In this document: one piece after another, positions 21,598 to 30,793 of the stretch | Layout of the letters: each line of letters starts with the position of its first letter | Numbering within the stretch: position 1 is the first letter of the stretch | Assembly: GCA_037444855.1 (NCBI GenBank) | Contig: JBBILO010000004.1 | Coordinates: 852-64,851, forward strand | Direction: 5' to 3' | Length of the DNA: 64,000 bases | Source: Candidatus Roizmanbacteria bacterium | GTDB taxonomy: Bacteria > Patescibacteriota > Microgenomatia > UBA1406 > GWC2-37-13 | Notes under the pieces: generated by a model | What the model saw: the letters and a program-made list of their open reading frames with translations, nothing else | Told to the model about the DNA's origin: nothing | Database searches by the model: none | Translations under genes and position numbers: made by a program

Positions 21598-22104
21598 TTA
21601 GAGGACACACCAATAACATGAAAATGCAGAAGAATTTGTTGGACCACAAACAGCATCTCCTCTACCTACTTCAATTCCATTAGCATTATATTTAGTATTT
21701 GGATCAGTTCTAAAGGATTTAGATTCGGGTCTAAAGCAAACAGTGACACTCTCTCGAGTCCCAATGACAGTAATTTTTCTTAAGCGATCACCGGCTAATG
21801 TTGAAAAATCAGCTTTTAACTCTCCCGCATTAACAACATTATATAGGCCAACAGCGCTATAACCACTTGAAAGGTCAATTGGTCCAATTGAAGCAGATGG
21901 ATCCCAAGGCATTCTATTGCCTGCCACTGCATAATATCTTATAATAGCATTGTGAACTTCAGAGACGGTATTTCTTATACCGGTATCAGTCCCTTTTTTT
22001 AATTGTTCAAATGGATCTAAAGCAGCCAGTAAACCAACTGCTAGAGCTCCAAGAAGGGCAATGACGATTAAAAGTTCAATAAGAGTAAAACCTTTTTTCA
22101 TCAT
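21598..22104 (-). CDS. Type IV pilin, major-pilin candidate (orphan copy B)
   Basis: MMKKG/FTLIELLIVIALLGALAVG class III signal. Locally GC-richer codon usage, own strong promoter, 4 Cys near the C-terminus. Confidence 0.85.
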   Translation of the reverse strand: MMKKGFTLIELLIVIALLGALAVGLLAALDPFEQLKKGTDTGIRNTVSEVHNAIIRYYAVAGNRMPWDPSASIGPIDLSSGYSAVGLYNVVNAGELKADFSTLAGDRLRKITVIGTRESVTVCFRPESKSFRTDPNTKYNANGIEVGRGDAVCGPTNSSAFSCYWCVL

Positions 22105-22119
22105 TTTATAAATAAATTT

Positions 22120-22148
22120 AATATAAGAAAGAAAAAAATTATTGTCAA
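22120..22148 (-). promoter_or_regulatory. Sigma70-type promoter of the major-pilin candidate
   Basis: Minus strand TTGACA (22143-22148), 17-nt spacer, TATATT (22120-22125), then 15 nt to the ATG. No SD. Confidence 0.55.
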
Positions 22149-22162
22149 GAGGTATTTAAAAG

Positions 22163-23779
22163 TTAAATTATTTCTTCTTTTTTCTTTCTTACAAACGCAA
22201 TCCATTCTTCAATAACTTCAAAAATTAATTTAAACGGAGATTCAATAATGAAATCAAAAATAAAAATAAAGAAATTAAGCCGAGCGACTTCCCTACTCAA
22301 GAAATTACCCAAAGAGAGAATCGGCATAAAGAAAAAATCAATGACTGGGGCAAAAATGCTTTCTTTTTCTTCCAATTTATATTCATTAACAACTTGTTTT
22401 ATTCGGTAAGAGAAAAAAGTTACTAACGAGACAAAAAAAACAAAGATGATTTTTGAGATTAAATTAAAATTTAAAATTGTTAAAATTTCGTTAATTAAAT
22501 CTAAAGTTATCAAAAAGGTTAAACTATAAAAAATTGTAAAACCAAAAAATAACACCGGTTTTTTTGCTTTAACTTTACTTTTAATAATGAACGTTTTTTT
22601 GGAATAGTCCGAATCTTTACTGATAATATCAATAATTCTTTCATATATTTTTTGGGTATTTTTTTGACCTGGAAGTTTAAAAAATAGCAGGATAAGGAGC
22701 ATCAATATCGGAGGAAATACAGTATTGATAAGAATTGAAGTAACATTAACTTCTCCATAAAGATATTGAGACAAAGGAAGCTCAAGTATTAAGGCAAAAA
22801 CCATTTTAGTCAAAAAAATATAGATAAAACTTCGTATCGCTAAATTTATTAGTCGAGAGTGAATACCTTGATATTTTTTTCGACAGAGAAACTCAACTTC
22901 TTCTTCAAGCTTTTCCTTGTTCTCAAGAAGTGTTTCAATTTCATTCATTTTTTCATCAACAAGACTGAATAAGATTAAAAATGGAGGGAGTTGTTTTTTT
23001 AAATAACGAGATATTTTGTTAACATATTGATTATTGAGAATTTGGTTTATCTTATCAACAATTTTGTTAAGTTTTTGGCCAAATTTTTTTAATTCATCTT
23101 TGTCAAAGTCGCCAATATTTTTATAAAAATTAATAAAAAGATGATATCTTTGATAGGCTTTATCACTTCGGCGAAAAACTCTTTCAATGGCGGCTAACAA
23201 ACATAAATCCCTTACCTCTGGCTTTAAATTTTCAATTGTAATTTTTTGGCAAAGAATTTGAAATAAGTAATAGCTAAAATAAGCCATTTTTTGAGATTTT
23301 ACCGGACTTAATTTTTCTTCGATTTCAGCGGTAATAATATGAAGAAGAAACTCCTCGCAGGCTAATTTTTCCTTACCGGAAAGACCAATCAATATTTCTT
23401 TTCTTAAATAGATGAAATTATCAATAATTTTTTGAACAAGAAGGCTGTCTTCGTAACCTAGTTCATCATGATTGAAATATCTTGCCCACAACAATTCACG
23501 GATAAGATTTTCCCCTTCATATTCGCCATCTGGATTAATCATCAAACGCCTTTTTAAGATTCTTTCAATCGCCGCTCGACGGATGAGGTGATCTTCTCGG
23601 TATTCGATTGCATTTCTTATTTTTTCATATAGAAGAGCAAAAAAAGAGACTGTTTGTGAAACATTAATTCTGCTGGCTTCATCGGGTTTAATTTTTTGCT
23701 TGATAGATTTGATTGATTGAACGAGGTATCCAAAATAAGGAGAAATTATTATTTTCTGATTAGAAGGATTATCAGCCAT
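22163..23779 (-). CDS. Unknown two-domain membrane protein (helical N-terminal domain of about 330 aa plus 5-6 C-terminal TM helices)
   Basis: Long ORF. Start set to ATG 23779 (MADNPSNQK). I can assign no catalytic motif. Confidence 0.6.
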   Translation of the reverse strand: MADNPSNQKIIISPYFGYLVQSIKSIKQKIKPDEASRINVSQTVSFFALLYEKIRNAIEYREDHLIRRAAIERILKRRLMINPDGEYEGENLIRELLWARYFNHDELGYEDSLLVQKIIDNFIYLRKEILIGLSGKEKLACEEFLLHIITAEIEEKLSPVKSQKMAYFSYYLFQILCQKITIENLKPEVRDLCLLAAIERVFRRSDKAYQRYHLFINFYKNIGDFDKDELKKFGQKLNKIVDKINQILNNQYVNKISRYLKKQLPPFLILFSLVDEKMNEIETLLENKEKLEEEVEFLCRKKYQGIHSRLINLAIRSFIYIFLTKMVFALILELPLSQYLYGEVNVTSILINTVFPPILMLLILLFFKLPGQKNTQKIYERIIDIISKDSDYSKKTFIIKSKVKAKKPVLFFGFTIFYSLTFLITLDLINEILTILNFNLISKIIFVFFVSLVTFFSYRIKQVVNEYKLEEKESIFAPVIDFFFMPILSLGNFLSREVARLNFFIFIFDFIIESPFKLIFEVIEEWIAFVRKKKEEII

Positions 23780-23799
23780 AAAGAAATTATAGCATAGCA

Positions 23800-25197
23800 C
23801 TAATCTAAAGTTAAGCCTTGATCGATAAGGATTTTTTTAATTTCAAGTAGTTTTTTCCCAAGTAAGTTTTCATTATTGGCTTCAACATTTAGTCTGACTA
23901 GCGGTTCGGTATTTGAACCTCGAAGGTTAAACCGCCAATCTTTATTTTCAATTGTTAATCCATCAATCTCAATGATTTTTTTATTTTGGTATAAGCTTTT
24001 GATTTTTTTAAACAAGTTAACCAGAGGTAGATTTTGAGGTAGATGATAATTAATTTCACCTGATTCATATGAGCTTTGAACTTTTTTCACTAGTTGCGAA
24101 AGAGGAGCATTTTTTTTAGAAATTAAATCCAAAAGAGTGATGATTACTCTGATGGTCGATTCTGCACCACCAGTTTCTTTAAAGTAATAATGACCAGAGG
24201 ATTCACCACAAAAAAAGACATTATTTTCATTCATTTTTTTCGTTATTAGAGCGTGACCAACAGGTGATAAGATAAAAATTCCTCGATATTTCTCAACAAT
24301 ATTTTTAAGATTATTGGTATAACGAACATCGGTCATGATAGAGCTATTAGGATAATGGACTAAAATCTCTTTGGCGATCAGTGATGAGATTAAACTTGAG
24401 GGTATAATTTGACCTTTTTCATCAACAAAAAAAACACGATCTGCATCACCATCGGTAGCGATTCCTAGATCAGCTCGTTTCTCTATCACATTCTTTTGAA
24501 GATCTTTTAAAGTTTCGAACTTTAATGGATTGGCTTCATGGGAAGGCATTCTTCCATCAAGTTGATAATTAAGTTTAATAACTTCGACTTTCAGTCTTTT
24601 CCAAAGTTCTTCAAACATTAAAATACCCATGGTATTGGCTGGATCGACAACAATTTTTAATTTTTTAATATTTGGATTAACCAACTCGAAGGCAAAATCA
24701 AATTCCTTTTTGAGGGCATCCTTAATTTTGTATAAATTGCCTTTTTTTGTTTTTTTTAATTCGATTCTATCACTCAAAACAAGATTTTTTACCTCTTCCA
24801 TCCCCATTTCTTTAGAAGCTTTATAAATTTTTCCTTGATGACAATAAAAAAATTTTATCCCATTCCATTCGGGCGGATTGTGTGAGGCTGAAATTTGAAT
24901 GCCAACATCTAACTGATTGACAATCGTCGAAAAATAAACTGTAGGTGTTGGCACCATTCCAAACGAGTAAACGTTGCCGCCCATTTCTAGGAGAGAATTA
25001 ATTGATTGATCGTAAAGTTTGAATGATGATAATCTCATGTCGTAGCCTATTCCCACCTTCAAGACCTCTTTTTTTAATTTATGAGAAAAATAAAAGTAGA
25101 TTGTTTTAATAATTTTTTTGATTACTTGTTCATTAATATCTATTGGATAAATTCCACGAATGTCATAGGCTTTAAAAATATTGGGATTAATTTTCAT
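23800..25197 (-). CDS. alpha-D-phosphohexomutase (phosphomannomutase/phosphoglucomutase/GlmM family)
   Basis: Active-site loop QISASHNPPEWNGIKF, metal loop ATDGDADRV, GESSGHYYF; 465 aa. Confidence 0.85.
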   Translation of the reverse strand: MKINPNIFKAYDIRGIYPIDINEQVIKKIIKTIYFYFSHKLKKEVLKVGIGYDMRLSSFKLYDQSINSLLEMGGNVYSFGMVPTPTVYFSTIVNQLDVGIQISASHNPPEWNGIKFFYCHQGKIYKASKEMGMEEVKNLVLSDRIELKKTKKGNLYKIKDALKKEFDFAFELVNPNIKKLKIVVDPANTMGILMFEELWKRLKVEVIKLNYQLDGRMPSHEANPLKFETLKDLQKNVIEKRADLGIATDGDADRVFFVDEKGQIIPSSLISSLIAKEILVHYPNSSIMTDVRYTNNLKNIVEKYRGIFILSPVGHALITKKMNENNVFFCGESSGHYYFKETGGAESTIRVIITLLDLISKKNAPLSQLVKKVQSSYESGEINYHLPQNLPLVNLFKKIKSLYQNKKIIEIDGLTIENKDWRFNLRGSNTEPLVRLNVEANNENLLGKKLLEIKKILIDQGLTLD

Positions 25198-25206
25198 ACT
25201 TTTAAA

Positions 25207-25878
25207 TCATAAATAAAAAGCGACAAAAATGTCAAGTGATTCTTTTACTGAGTAGGGCGAGGATGATGTTTTTTGAGATTTTTCGATATTTAATAGGCCC
25301 TGATATGACTTTATTAATTTTTCTAATGGCCAATAATGGCTTTGTGTTTCTATTTTTTTTCTATACCATGTGTTTTTAGTCTTAATATTCCCTTTTGATT
25401 TTACAATTAATAACTCCCTCACCCTTTTTGTTAAAAGATAAAAAAAAATATTTTCGTTTTTTTTGTCGATTATTTTGCTCATGAGTTCTAAAAGTTTATT
25501 TTTATTTTTCGGTATAAAATTATCAAGCAACATAAAAATATCTTCTGTTATTTTAAATTCGATTATGGGAAAGTTATTAAAATATTTGAGATCGTATTTA
25601 CTTTTCTCCTCAAAAATTAAAAGAGCAAAGTTTTTATTTTTATTGATTTCCTCAAGTTTTTTCATTAGTTTTTTGGATTTTGATAGTTTGCTATAGACAA
25701 AATTACTACAATAAATTTTTTTTGATTCAAAAAGAGAAAGATCGGTGTCGTTTAAATCGATAATCGTTTCTGGGGCAAGCTCAATGATGTCGTAGTTTTT
25801 TGACCGATATTGATTTTTTAATTGCTGAAAATAATTTCTTGATGAAATGACATCTTCGCCGCAAATTATTTTAATCAT
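25207..25878 (-). CDS. holA: DNA polymerase III delta subunit-like protein (short)
   Basis: IICGEDVISSRNYF N-terminus. C-terminal block FYLLTKRVRELLIVKSKG..WYRKKIETQSHYWPLEKL resembles HolA domain III. 223 aa. Confidence 0.55.
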   Translation of the reverse strand: MIKIICGEDVISSRNYFQQLKNQYRSKNYDIIELAPETIIDLNDTDLSLFESKKIYCSNFVYSKLSKSKKLMKKLEEINKNKNFALLIFEEKSKYDLKYFNNFPIIEFKITEDIFMLLDNFIPKNKNKLLELMSKIIDKKNENIFFYLLTKRVRELLIVKSKGNIKTKNTWYRKKIETQSHYWPLEKLIKSYQGLLNIEKSQKTSSSPYSVKESLDIFVAFYL

Positions 25879-25887
25879 AAAAAAACC

Positions 25888-25916
25888 TTGTAATTTTTAT
25901 CAATTAATGATATTAT
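25888..25916 (+). promoter_or_regulatory. Promoter of rpmF-nusB-rnc-rpsP with leaderless geometry
   Basis: TTGTAA (25888-25893), 17 nt, TATTAT (25911-25916), 6 nt, ATG 25923. The overlapping inverse TATAAT (25912-25917) could serve holA. Confidence 0.45.
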
Positions 25917-25922
25917 ATAAAA

Positions 25923-26072
25923 ATGGCACCATTACCAAAAAGGAAGCACTCAACACAAAGAAAGGGTAAAAGGATCAAAACAAGAACTGTTTTCCTACCT
26001 CAATTAACTTCTTGTAAACATTGCGGTAAACAAAAATTACCCCATCGTTTATGTCAATTTTGTCAAAAATAA
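25923..26072 (+). CDS. rpmF: 50S ribosomal protein L32 (not in the ORF track)
   Basis: Hand translation MAPLPKRKHSTQRKGKRIKTRTVFLPQLTSCKHCGKQKLPHRLCQFCQK, with a basic N-terminus and CxxC..CxxC. 49 aa. Confidence 0.85.
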   Translation: MAPLPKRKHSTQRKGKRIKTRTVFLPQLTSCKHCGKQKLPHRLCQFCQK

Positions 26073-26075
26073 TTT

Positions 26076-26444
26076 ATGGATAGACGACACCTTCGTCGAA
26101 GGAAAATTGTCCAAATCCTTTATTCTTATGAGATGCAAAAAAATAACCTTTTAGTAGAAAAAGATGAATTTGTTATAAAAATTCTTGAAAAAAAGGACGA
26201 GATCGATCAAATAATTAGTCATTATGCAACAAAATTTCCTATTGATAAAATTCCTAAGGTTGATTTCTCAATCCTGAGATTGGCGATCTATGAATTGGTT
26301 TATGAGAAAAAAAATTCATATAAAGTGATTATTGACGAGGCTGTTGAATTGGCGAAAGAGTTTGGTAGTCAAAAATCTTACTCGTTTATCAATGGTGTTT
26401 TAGGGAGTGTTGTCAAAAATCTCAGTCATGAAAGGCTATTTTAA
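26076..26444 (+). CDS. nusB: Transcription antitermination factor NusB
   Basis: RRHLRRRKIVQILYSYEM start and AIYELVYE..VIIDEAVELAKEFG blocks; 122 aa. Confidence 0.8.
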   Translation: MDRRHLRRRKIVQILYSYEMQKNNLLVEKDEFVIKILEKKDEIDQIISHYATKFPIDKIPKVDFSILRLAIYELVYEKKNSYKVIIDEAVELAKEFGSQKSYSFINGVLGSVVKNLSHERLF

Positions 26445-27144
26445 GCAAATTGTTCGATTAGAAAAGAAAATTGGCTTAATATTTAAAGATAAAAAAATTG
26501 TTTTAAATGCATTCGTTCATCGTTCATTTCTCAATGAACATAAAGATTTTCCTCTTCCCTCGAATGAAAAAATGGAATTTCTTGGCGATAGTATTTTATC
26601 TTTAGCCTGTTCCCTTTTTCTTTTCCAAAATTTTCAATCCTATTCTGAAGGTGAATATACAGAGATAAAAGCTGCGTTAGTGAAGACAGAGACACTCGCT
26701 AAAATCGCTAAAAAATTAGATTTAGATGAATATCTCTTGTTATCAAAAGGTCAAGAGAAAAACGAAGGTCGAAATAACATTAATATTTTAGCTGGTTGCT
26801 TTGAAGCATTTATTTGTGCCATATTTTTAAATTTTGATTTTCAAAACGTTTACGACTTTCTAACACGAGCTTTTTTTGAAAAAGAAGTAGCTTATATCAT
26901 AAAAAATAATTTGTACTCCTCGGCAAAAACAAAATTACAAGAGCAAACCCAAAAGAGATATAGTGCAACCCCTGTGTATCAAGTGGTTGAAGAAAAAGGT
27001 CCACCACACAATAAGACATTTAAAATTAATGTTTTTTTAGGAAAGAAAAATATTGGTACTGGGCTTGGTAAGTCTAAAAAAGAAGCTGAAGAAAACGCTG
27101 CCAAAAAAGCGCTAGATTTTTTAAAAAATAATAGTATAATTTAA
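26428..27144 (+). CDS. rnc: Ribonuclease III
   Basis: Signature NEKMEFLGDSIL and C-terminal dsRBD (GPPHNKTFKI..GKSKKEAEENAAKKAL). ATG 26428 preferred. Confidence 0.9.
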   Translation: MKGYFKQIVRLEKKIGLIFKDKKIVLNAFVHRSFLNEHKDFPLPSNEKMEFLGDSILSLACSLFLFQNFQSYSEGEYTEIKAALVKTETLAKIAKKLDLDEYLLLSKGQEKNEGRNNINILAGCFEAFICAIFLNFDFQNVYDFLTRAFFEKEVAYIIKNNLYSSAKTKLQEQTQKRYSATPVYQVVEEKGPPHNKTFKINVFLGKKNIGTGLGKSKKEAEENAAKKALDFLKNNSII

Positions 27145-27146
27145 CT

Positions 27147-27389
27147 ATGGTAGTAGCACTAAGATTGATGAGATTGGGTAAAAAAAATCGACCATTTTAT
27201 CGAATTGTGGCTATAGAAAAGACAAAAAAAAGAAATGGTAAATATCTTGAAAAGATAGGAACATATGACCCATTTGAAGAAAGTCCGGTTAGAATTGATG
27301 ATCAAAAATTCAAATTTTGGATTAACAAAGGAGCTCAAATCTCAAAAGGTTTAAGGAGAATTCTCAAAAGGCAAAAGCCTATTCATTAA
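27147..27389 (+). CDS. rpsP: 30S ribosomal protein S16
   Basis: MVVALRLMRLGKKNRPFYRIVA..YDP; 80 aa. Confidence 0.9.
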   Translation: MVVALRLMRLGKKNRPFYRIVAIEKTKKRNGKYLEKIGTYDPFEESPVRIDDQKFKFWINKGAQISKGLRRILKRQKPIH

Positions 27390-28092
27390 TGGCTTCAAAA
27401 GGATCTTCTCTGGCTGAAATTTCGATTTCTTTATTTGGATCTAATTGACTTTTTATAATTTTTGTTTTTGATAATATTTCTAAAATTAATCCATTATCGT
27501 TATCATTTATTGTATTTAACGTAAGATTATTAACATAATTTTTTTGACTATAGAAGGTAAGGTAAAGTTTTTTTTCAGCAGTTGAAGTCTGATTTAAATT
27601 TTCAGGGGAATAATCTATTTTATCAATTGTGATTAAACGACCGCTATTAAAGCGATATTTTTTTAAAAATTCTAAAAAAGTATCCATATTGCCTATCCCA
27701 GTAATCGTTAACGAAACTGTTTTTCTGTTCCCATCGATAGGACCGAGATCATAGTTGATAATAATAAATCCTGTTTCATGGCTGAGATTTTCTAAGGCAG
27801 CAGTAATTGAAAAAAAATCTTCAGTATTTGGGATGAGGGAGTTCAGATATTGATTTATTAATTCAATATTAATGTTGCGATTTTTTAAATTTTTGGTGTA
27901 CTCAATTAATGATTTTCTTTTTTCTAGTGATTTAATTTTATCTTCTAAAATTAACTTTTGTTTATTAAATTGATCGATTTTCTGAATATAAAAAAAAATT
28001 ATAAAAAAAATCAAAAGAATATTTATGAAAAAAATCAGTAAAAAAGAGGAGTTTTTTTGCAGTTGTTTTATTAAAAAATAATTAATTTTCAT
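27379..28092 (-). CDS. pilO: PilO-like pilus alignment protein
   Basis: Single N-terminal TM, coiled coil, then alpha/beta domain. Position after pilM and pilN, overlapping pilN by 11 nt. Confidence 0.45.
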   Translation of the reverse strand: MKINYFLIKQLQKNSSFLLIFFINILLIFFIIFFYIQKIDQFNKQKLILEDKIKSLEKRKSLIEYTKNLKNRNINIELINQYLNSLIPNTEDFFSITAALENLSHETGFIIINYDLGPIDGNRKTVSLTITGIGNMDTFLEFLKKYRFNSGRLITIDKIDYSPENLNQTSTAEKKLYLTFYSQKNYVNNLTLNTINDNDNGLILEILSKTKIIKSQLDPNKEIEISAREDPFEAINE

Positions 28093-28666
28093 TATCTATT
28101 TTTTTAAATTGACCAACAAAACTTATTTTATAAGAATTGGATGTATTCAGCAATGATGGTGACTCAACCAAGAATGATTCCAATTTTAGATTAACAAAAT
28201 TATTCAAAAAGGGTTCTTCCTCCACATAATCAAGAAATTCGATTAAATGGTTGGTATTATTAAAAGTTAATGTAAAATTGACCTTTTTGTTTTGATCAAT
28301 TTTCAAAGATTCGATAGTTGGTGGATTGGTTGAAATTTTTAGGGAGTCATTTATTAGATTATAATACGGATAAAAATTAACATCATTATTTAAGTTTTCT
28401 TTTAATTGATTAAACAAATTATTAAATTTTTTAAAATTTTCTTCAACGGGCAAATTATTTTTTATAAATGTTTGTAAATTTTGTTCTTGTTGGATTAATA
28501 CGTCTACCTGATTTTTCTTATAAGTAATAATGAGTAAAGATGTAATTAACAAAACGAAGAATAATCCAGTCGAAAAGAAGACAATTTTTCTAAACAGTAA
28601 AAAATATTTTTGATAAAGAAGATAATTTTTATGATGTGATAAAAGATTTATTTTTTTTATCTTCAT
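28082..28666 (-). CDS. pilN: PilN-like pilus alignment protein
   Basis: N-terminal KINLLS motif (PilN INLLP-like), one TM helix, 194 aa. 4-nt overlap with pilM. Confidence 0.55.
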   Translation of the reverse strand: MKIKKINLLSHHKNYLLYQKYFLLFRKIVFFSTGLFFVLLITSLLIITYKKNQVDVLIQQEQNLQTFIKNNLPVEENFKKFNNLFNQLKENLNNDVNFYPYYNLINDSLKISTNPPTIESLKIDQNKKVNFTLTFNNTNHLIEFLDYVEEEPFLNNFVNLKLESFLVESPSLLNTSNSYKISFVGQFKKIDNEN

Positions 28667-29715
28667 AGTTCATAGTGAGCTAAATTAAAGATAAATTCTT
28701 CGGGATGATTGATCAAGGGTTGGGTTTTAATCGGAAATGGAATAAAATGATACGGTCTTAATCGAGATAAGTATGTCTCAAAATTTTTAATTTTTCCACT
28801 CTGATTAATTAAGTAGATTTTGTTAATCGAAGAAAATTCATATTTTTTTTTAATCGTGTATATGAAGATATCGATGTTTTTCATCAATTCATCGAATACC
28901 GGTAAAAAAATTTTTTCAAAGTCGACAGACGCTTTCTCGGAAAGACCGATATTAATTAGTGTTTCATAAGCTTTTTGATCATTAAAATTAAAATTAAGAT
29001 TTAATTCCTTTAGGAATAGATTGAGACCAACTTTAACTTTGTATAAATCAACAATTAGTTTCAGTTCCGGATGATAAAAGTAAAAAAAACTTGATATAAA
29101 GCCAAAATTAAAAAAAATACAAGGCTCTTTTTCTAAAAAAAAGCGATCATTGTTGATCAATCGCACTAAAGCGCTAATCTCATTTTCTAATACTTCAGGA
29201 ACCAGACCGGCGGCTTCGATAAAATGGGTTAAATATTCAATTAAATCGTAAGTAGAGGCAACAATTAAAATCTTCTTTTTATTTTGTTTTTTATCTTCTT
29301 TTAAAATAGCGAGATCAACAGCGACTTGATCAATTGAGATAGGGATGATTTGATCAGCTTGATATTTTACGGCTGATATCAATTCTTTTTCGGGTAAATA
29401 TGGAAAATCGATGATCTCACTAAAAGTATATTCATCTGGGATAACTAATCGAACGTTATTAATATTAGAATTAATTTTTTTAACGGCCGCTTCAATAAGT
29501 TGTGCTTGATTAACAAGGATTTTTTCTGAAAAATTTAAAAAAAAAGGGGTGTCGTTGTTTGCTTCGTATAATTTATAGATTTTAAACGGATTTTTTTTAT
29601 CAGCTAAATCTACAGAATATTCTGTCAGACGAAATAAATTTTCTGTTAAATGAAGAGATAATTCTGTGGTTTTCATTTTAATATTAAGTATTAAAAATAA
29701 ATCATTGATAGTCAA
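28663..29715 (-). CDS. pilM: PilM-like actin-fold pilus assembly protein
   Basis: 350 aa, cytoplasmic, directly upstream of pilN. The phosphate loops are degenerate. The start may be the internal ATG at 29676. Confidence 0.5.
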   Translation of the reverse strand: MTINDLFLILNIKMKTTELSLHLTENLFRLTEYSVDLADKKNPFKIYKLYEANNDTPFFLNFSEKILVNQAQLIEAAVKKINSNINNVRLVIPDEYTFSEIIDFPYLPEKELISAVKYQADQIIPISIDQVAVDLAILKEDKKQNKKKILIVASTYDLIEYLTHFIEAAGLVPEVLENEISALVRLINNDRFFLEKEPCIFFNFGFISSFFYFYHPELKLIVDLYKVKVGLNLFLKELNLNFNFNDQKAYETLINIGLSEKASVDFEKIFLPVFDELMKNIDIFIYTIKKKYEFSSINKIYLINQSGKIKNFETYLSRLRPYHFIPFPIKTQPLINHPEEFIFNLAHYEL

Positions 29716-30305
29716 TAGCTTCTTAGTTTAACAAAAGTTGAATAAGTCATCTTAGCGTTTTCCTCAACCTGATTCTGATTATTGATACTGCAGTTAGTTT
29801 GATTTTGAGCAGTTTTATAGCAAATAGTAAACAGAATTCCAACAATCGGCGAAGAATAAGACTGGTTTTGATAACAAGTTAGGGTGAAATCACTAATAAA
29901 AGTTTTATCATTGTTTAAAGCAACGATACCGACGCTTGGAAGAGAAGAAGATGAGGCAATATAACCATCTGAGTTATCGCACGTTGTCCCGGAACTTGAT
30001 TGGCAAAACCGAAAATATGTTCCTTGTTTATCAAGAAAATAATTATTAGCGGTGATATCTTGAATTGATAAACAATCGATAGGGCTAGGAGGAGGGTTAT
30101 TGTGAATACTTACCGCTCGATTAATAATTAAATTTTTCATTGTGTTTAAAATATAATCACCCTGGCGTTTGACTTCAAGCGCACGGTAGATTTTTATTTG
30201 CTGTCTTAATAAAACGTAAAAAATATTAAATAAAATAGGAAGGGAAAGACCGATAACACCAATAACGATGAGCATCTCAATTATAGTAAAACCTTTCCCT
30301 TTCAT
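29712..30305 (-). CDS. Minor (pseudo)pilin
   Basis: MKGKG/FTIIEMLIVIGVIGL after trimming the track ORF to ATG 30305; 4 Cys. Confidence 0.8.
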   Translation of the reverse strand: MKGKGFTIIEMLIVIGVIGLSLPILFNIFYVLLRQQIKIYRALEVKRQGDYILNTMKNLIINRAVSIHNNPPPSPIDCLSIQDITANNYFLDKQGTYFRFCQSSSGTTCDNSDGYIASSSSLPSVGIVALNNDKTFISDFTLTCYQNQSYSSPIVGILFTICYKTAQNQTNCSINNQNQVEENAKMTYSTFVKLRSY

Positions 30306-30306
30306 T

Positions 30307-30774
30307 TTAATATTCCCAAATAGAAAAAATAGTATCGATTGGAACCGAAAAAATATTAATACCTTCTTGCCATCTGACGGTAACAGCAACTTTTATCTTG
30401 GTTACTGGATTATTGGTTAAATTGGTTAATGTTACCTCTCTTTTAAAGCGCCAATCTAAATTATAATCAGCGCAATTGCCTGAAGTTGGAAAACTGCTGT
30501 TAAGTGATAGACTGCTATTAAAACAATAAGTGATTCCAGTATTTGAGGATTTTGATACAAATTGATTCCAATCTTTCTCTTTTTGACCTCTTAACCATTC
30601 TAATAATTGTTGGCCATAATTGACAGCAACGAGTTTGTTTTCCTGTGTTTTTAAGTTTCTTAAAGAATAGGTGGTGATTGAGACGGCAGTGATATAAAGA
30701 AGAGAAAGAATGGTTAAAAAAACTAAAACTTCAACTAATGTAAATGATTCTTTATGGTTGGTTGTTATAGTCAT
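30307..30774 (-). CDS. Minor (pseudo)pilin
   Basis: ..HKES/FTLVEVLVFLTILSLL class III signal; 155 aa. Confidence 0.8.
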   Translation of the reverse strand: MTITTNHKESFTLVEVLVFLTILSLLYITAVSITTYSLRNLKTQENKLVAVNYGQQLLEWLRGQKEKDWNQFVSKSSNTGITYCFNSSLSLNSSFPTSGNCADYNLDWRFKREVTLTNLTNNPVTKIKVAVTVRWQEGINIFSVPIDTIFSIWEY

Positions 30775-30793
30775 ATTTAATTATATTAAAGTC

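Noticed and set aside
22163-23779. Missing prepilin peptidase (PilD) hiding as the 538-aa membrane protein
   Set aside because: It lacks the two-Asp A24 signature (GxGDxK-like). Its large soluble N-terminal domain is unlike PilD.
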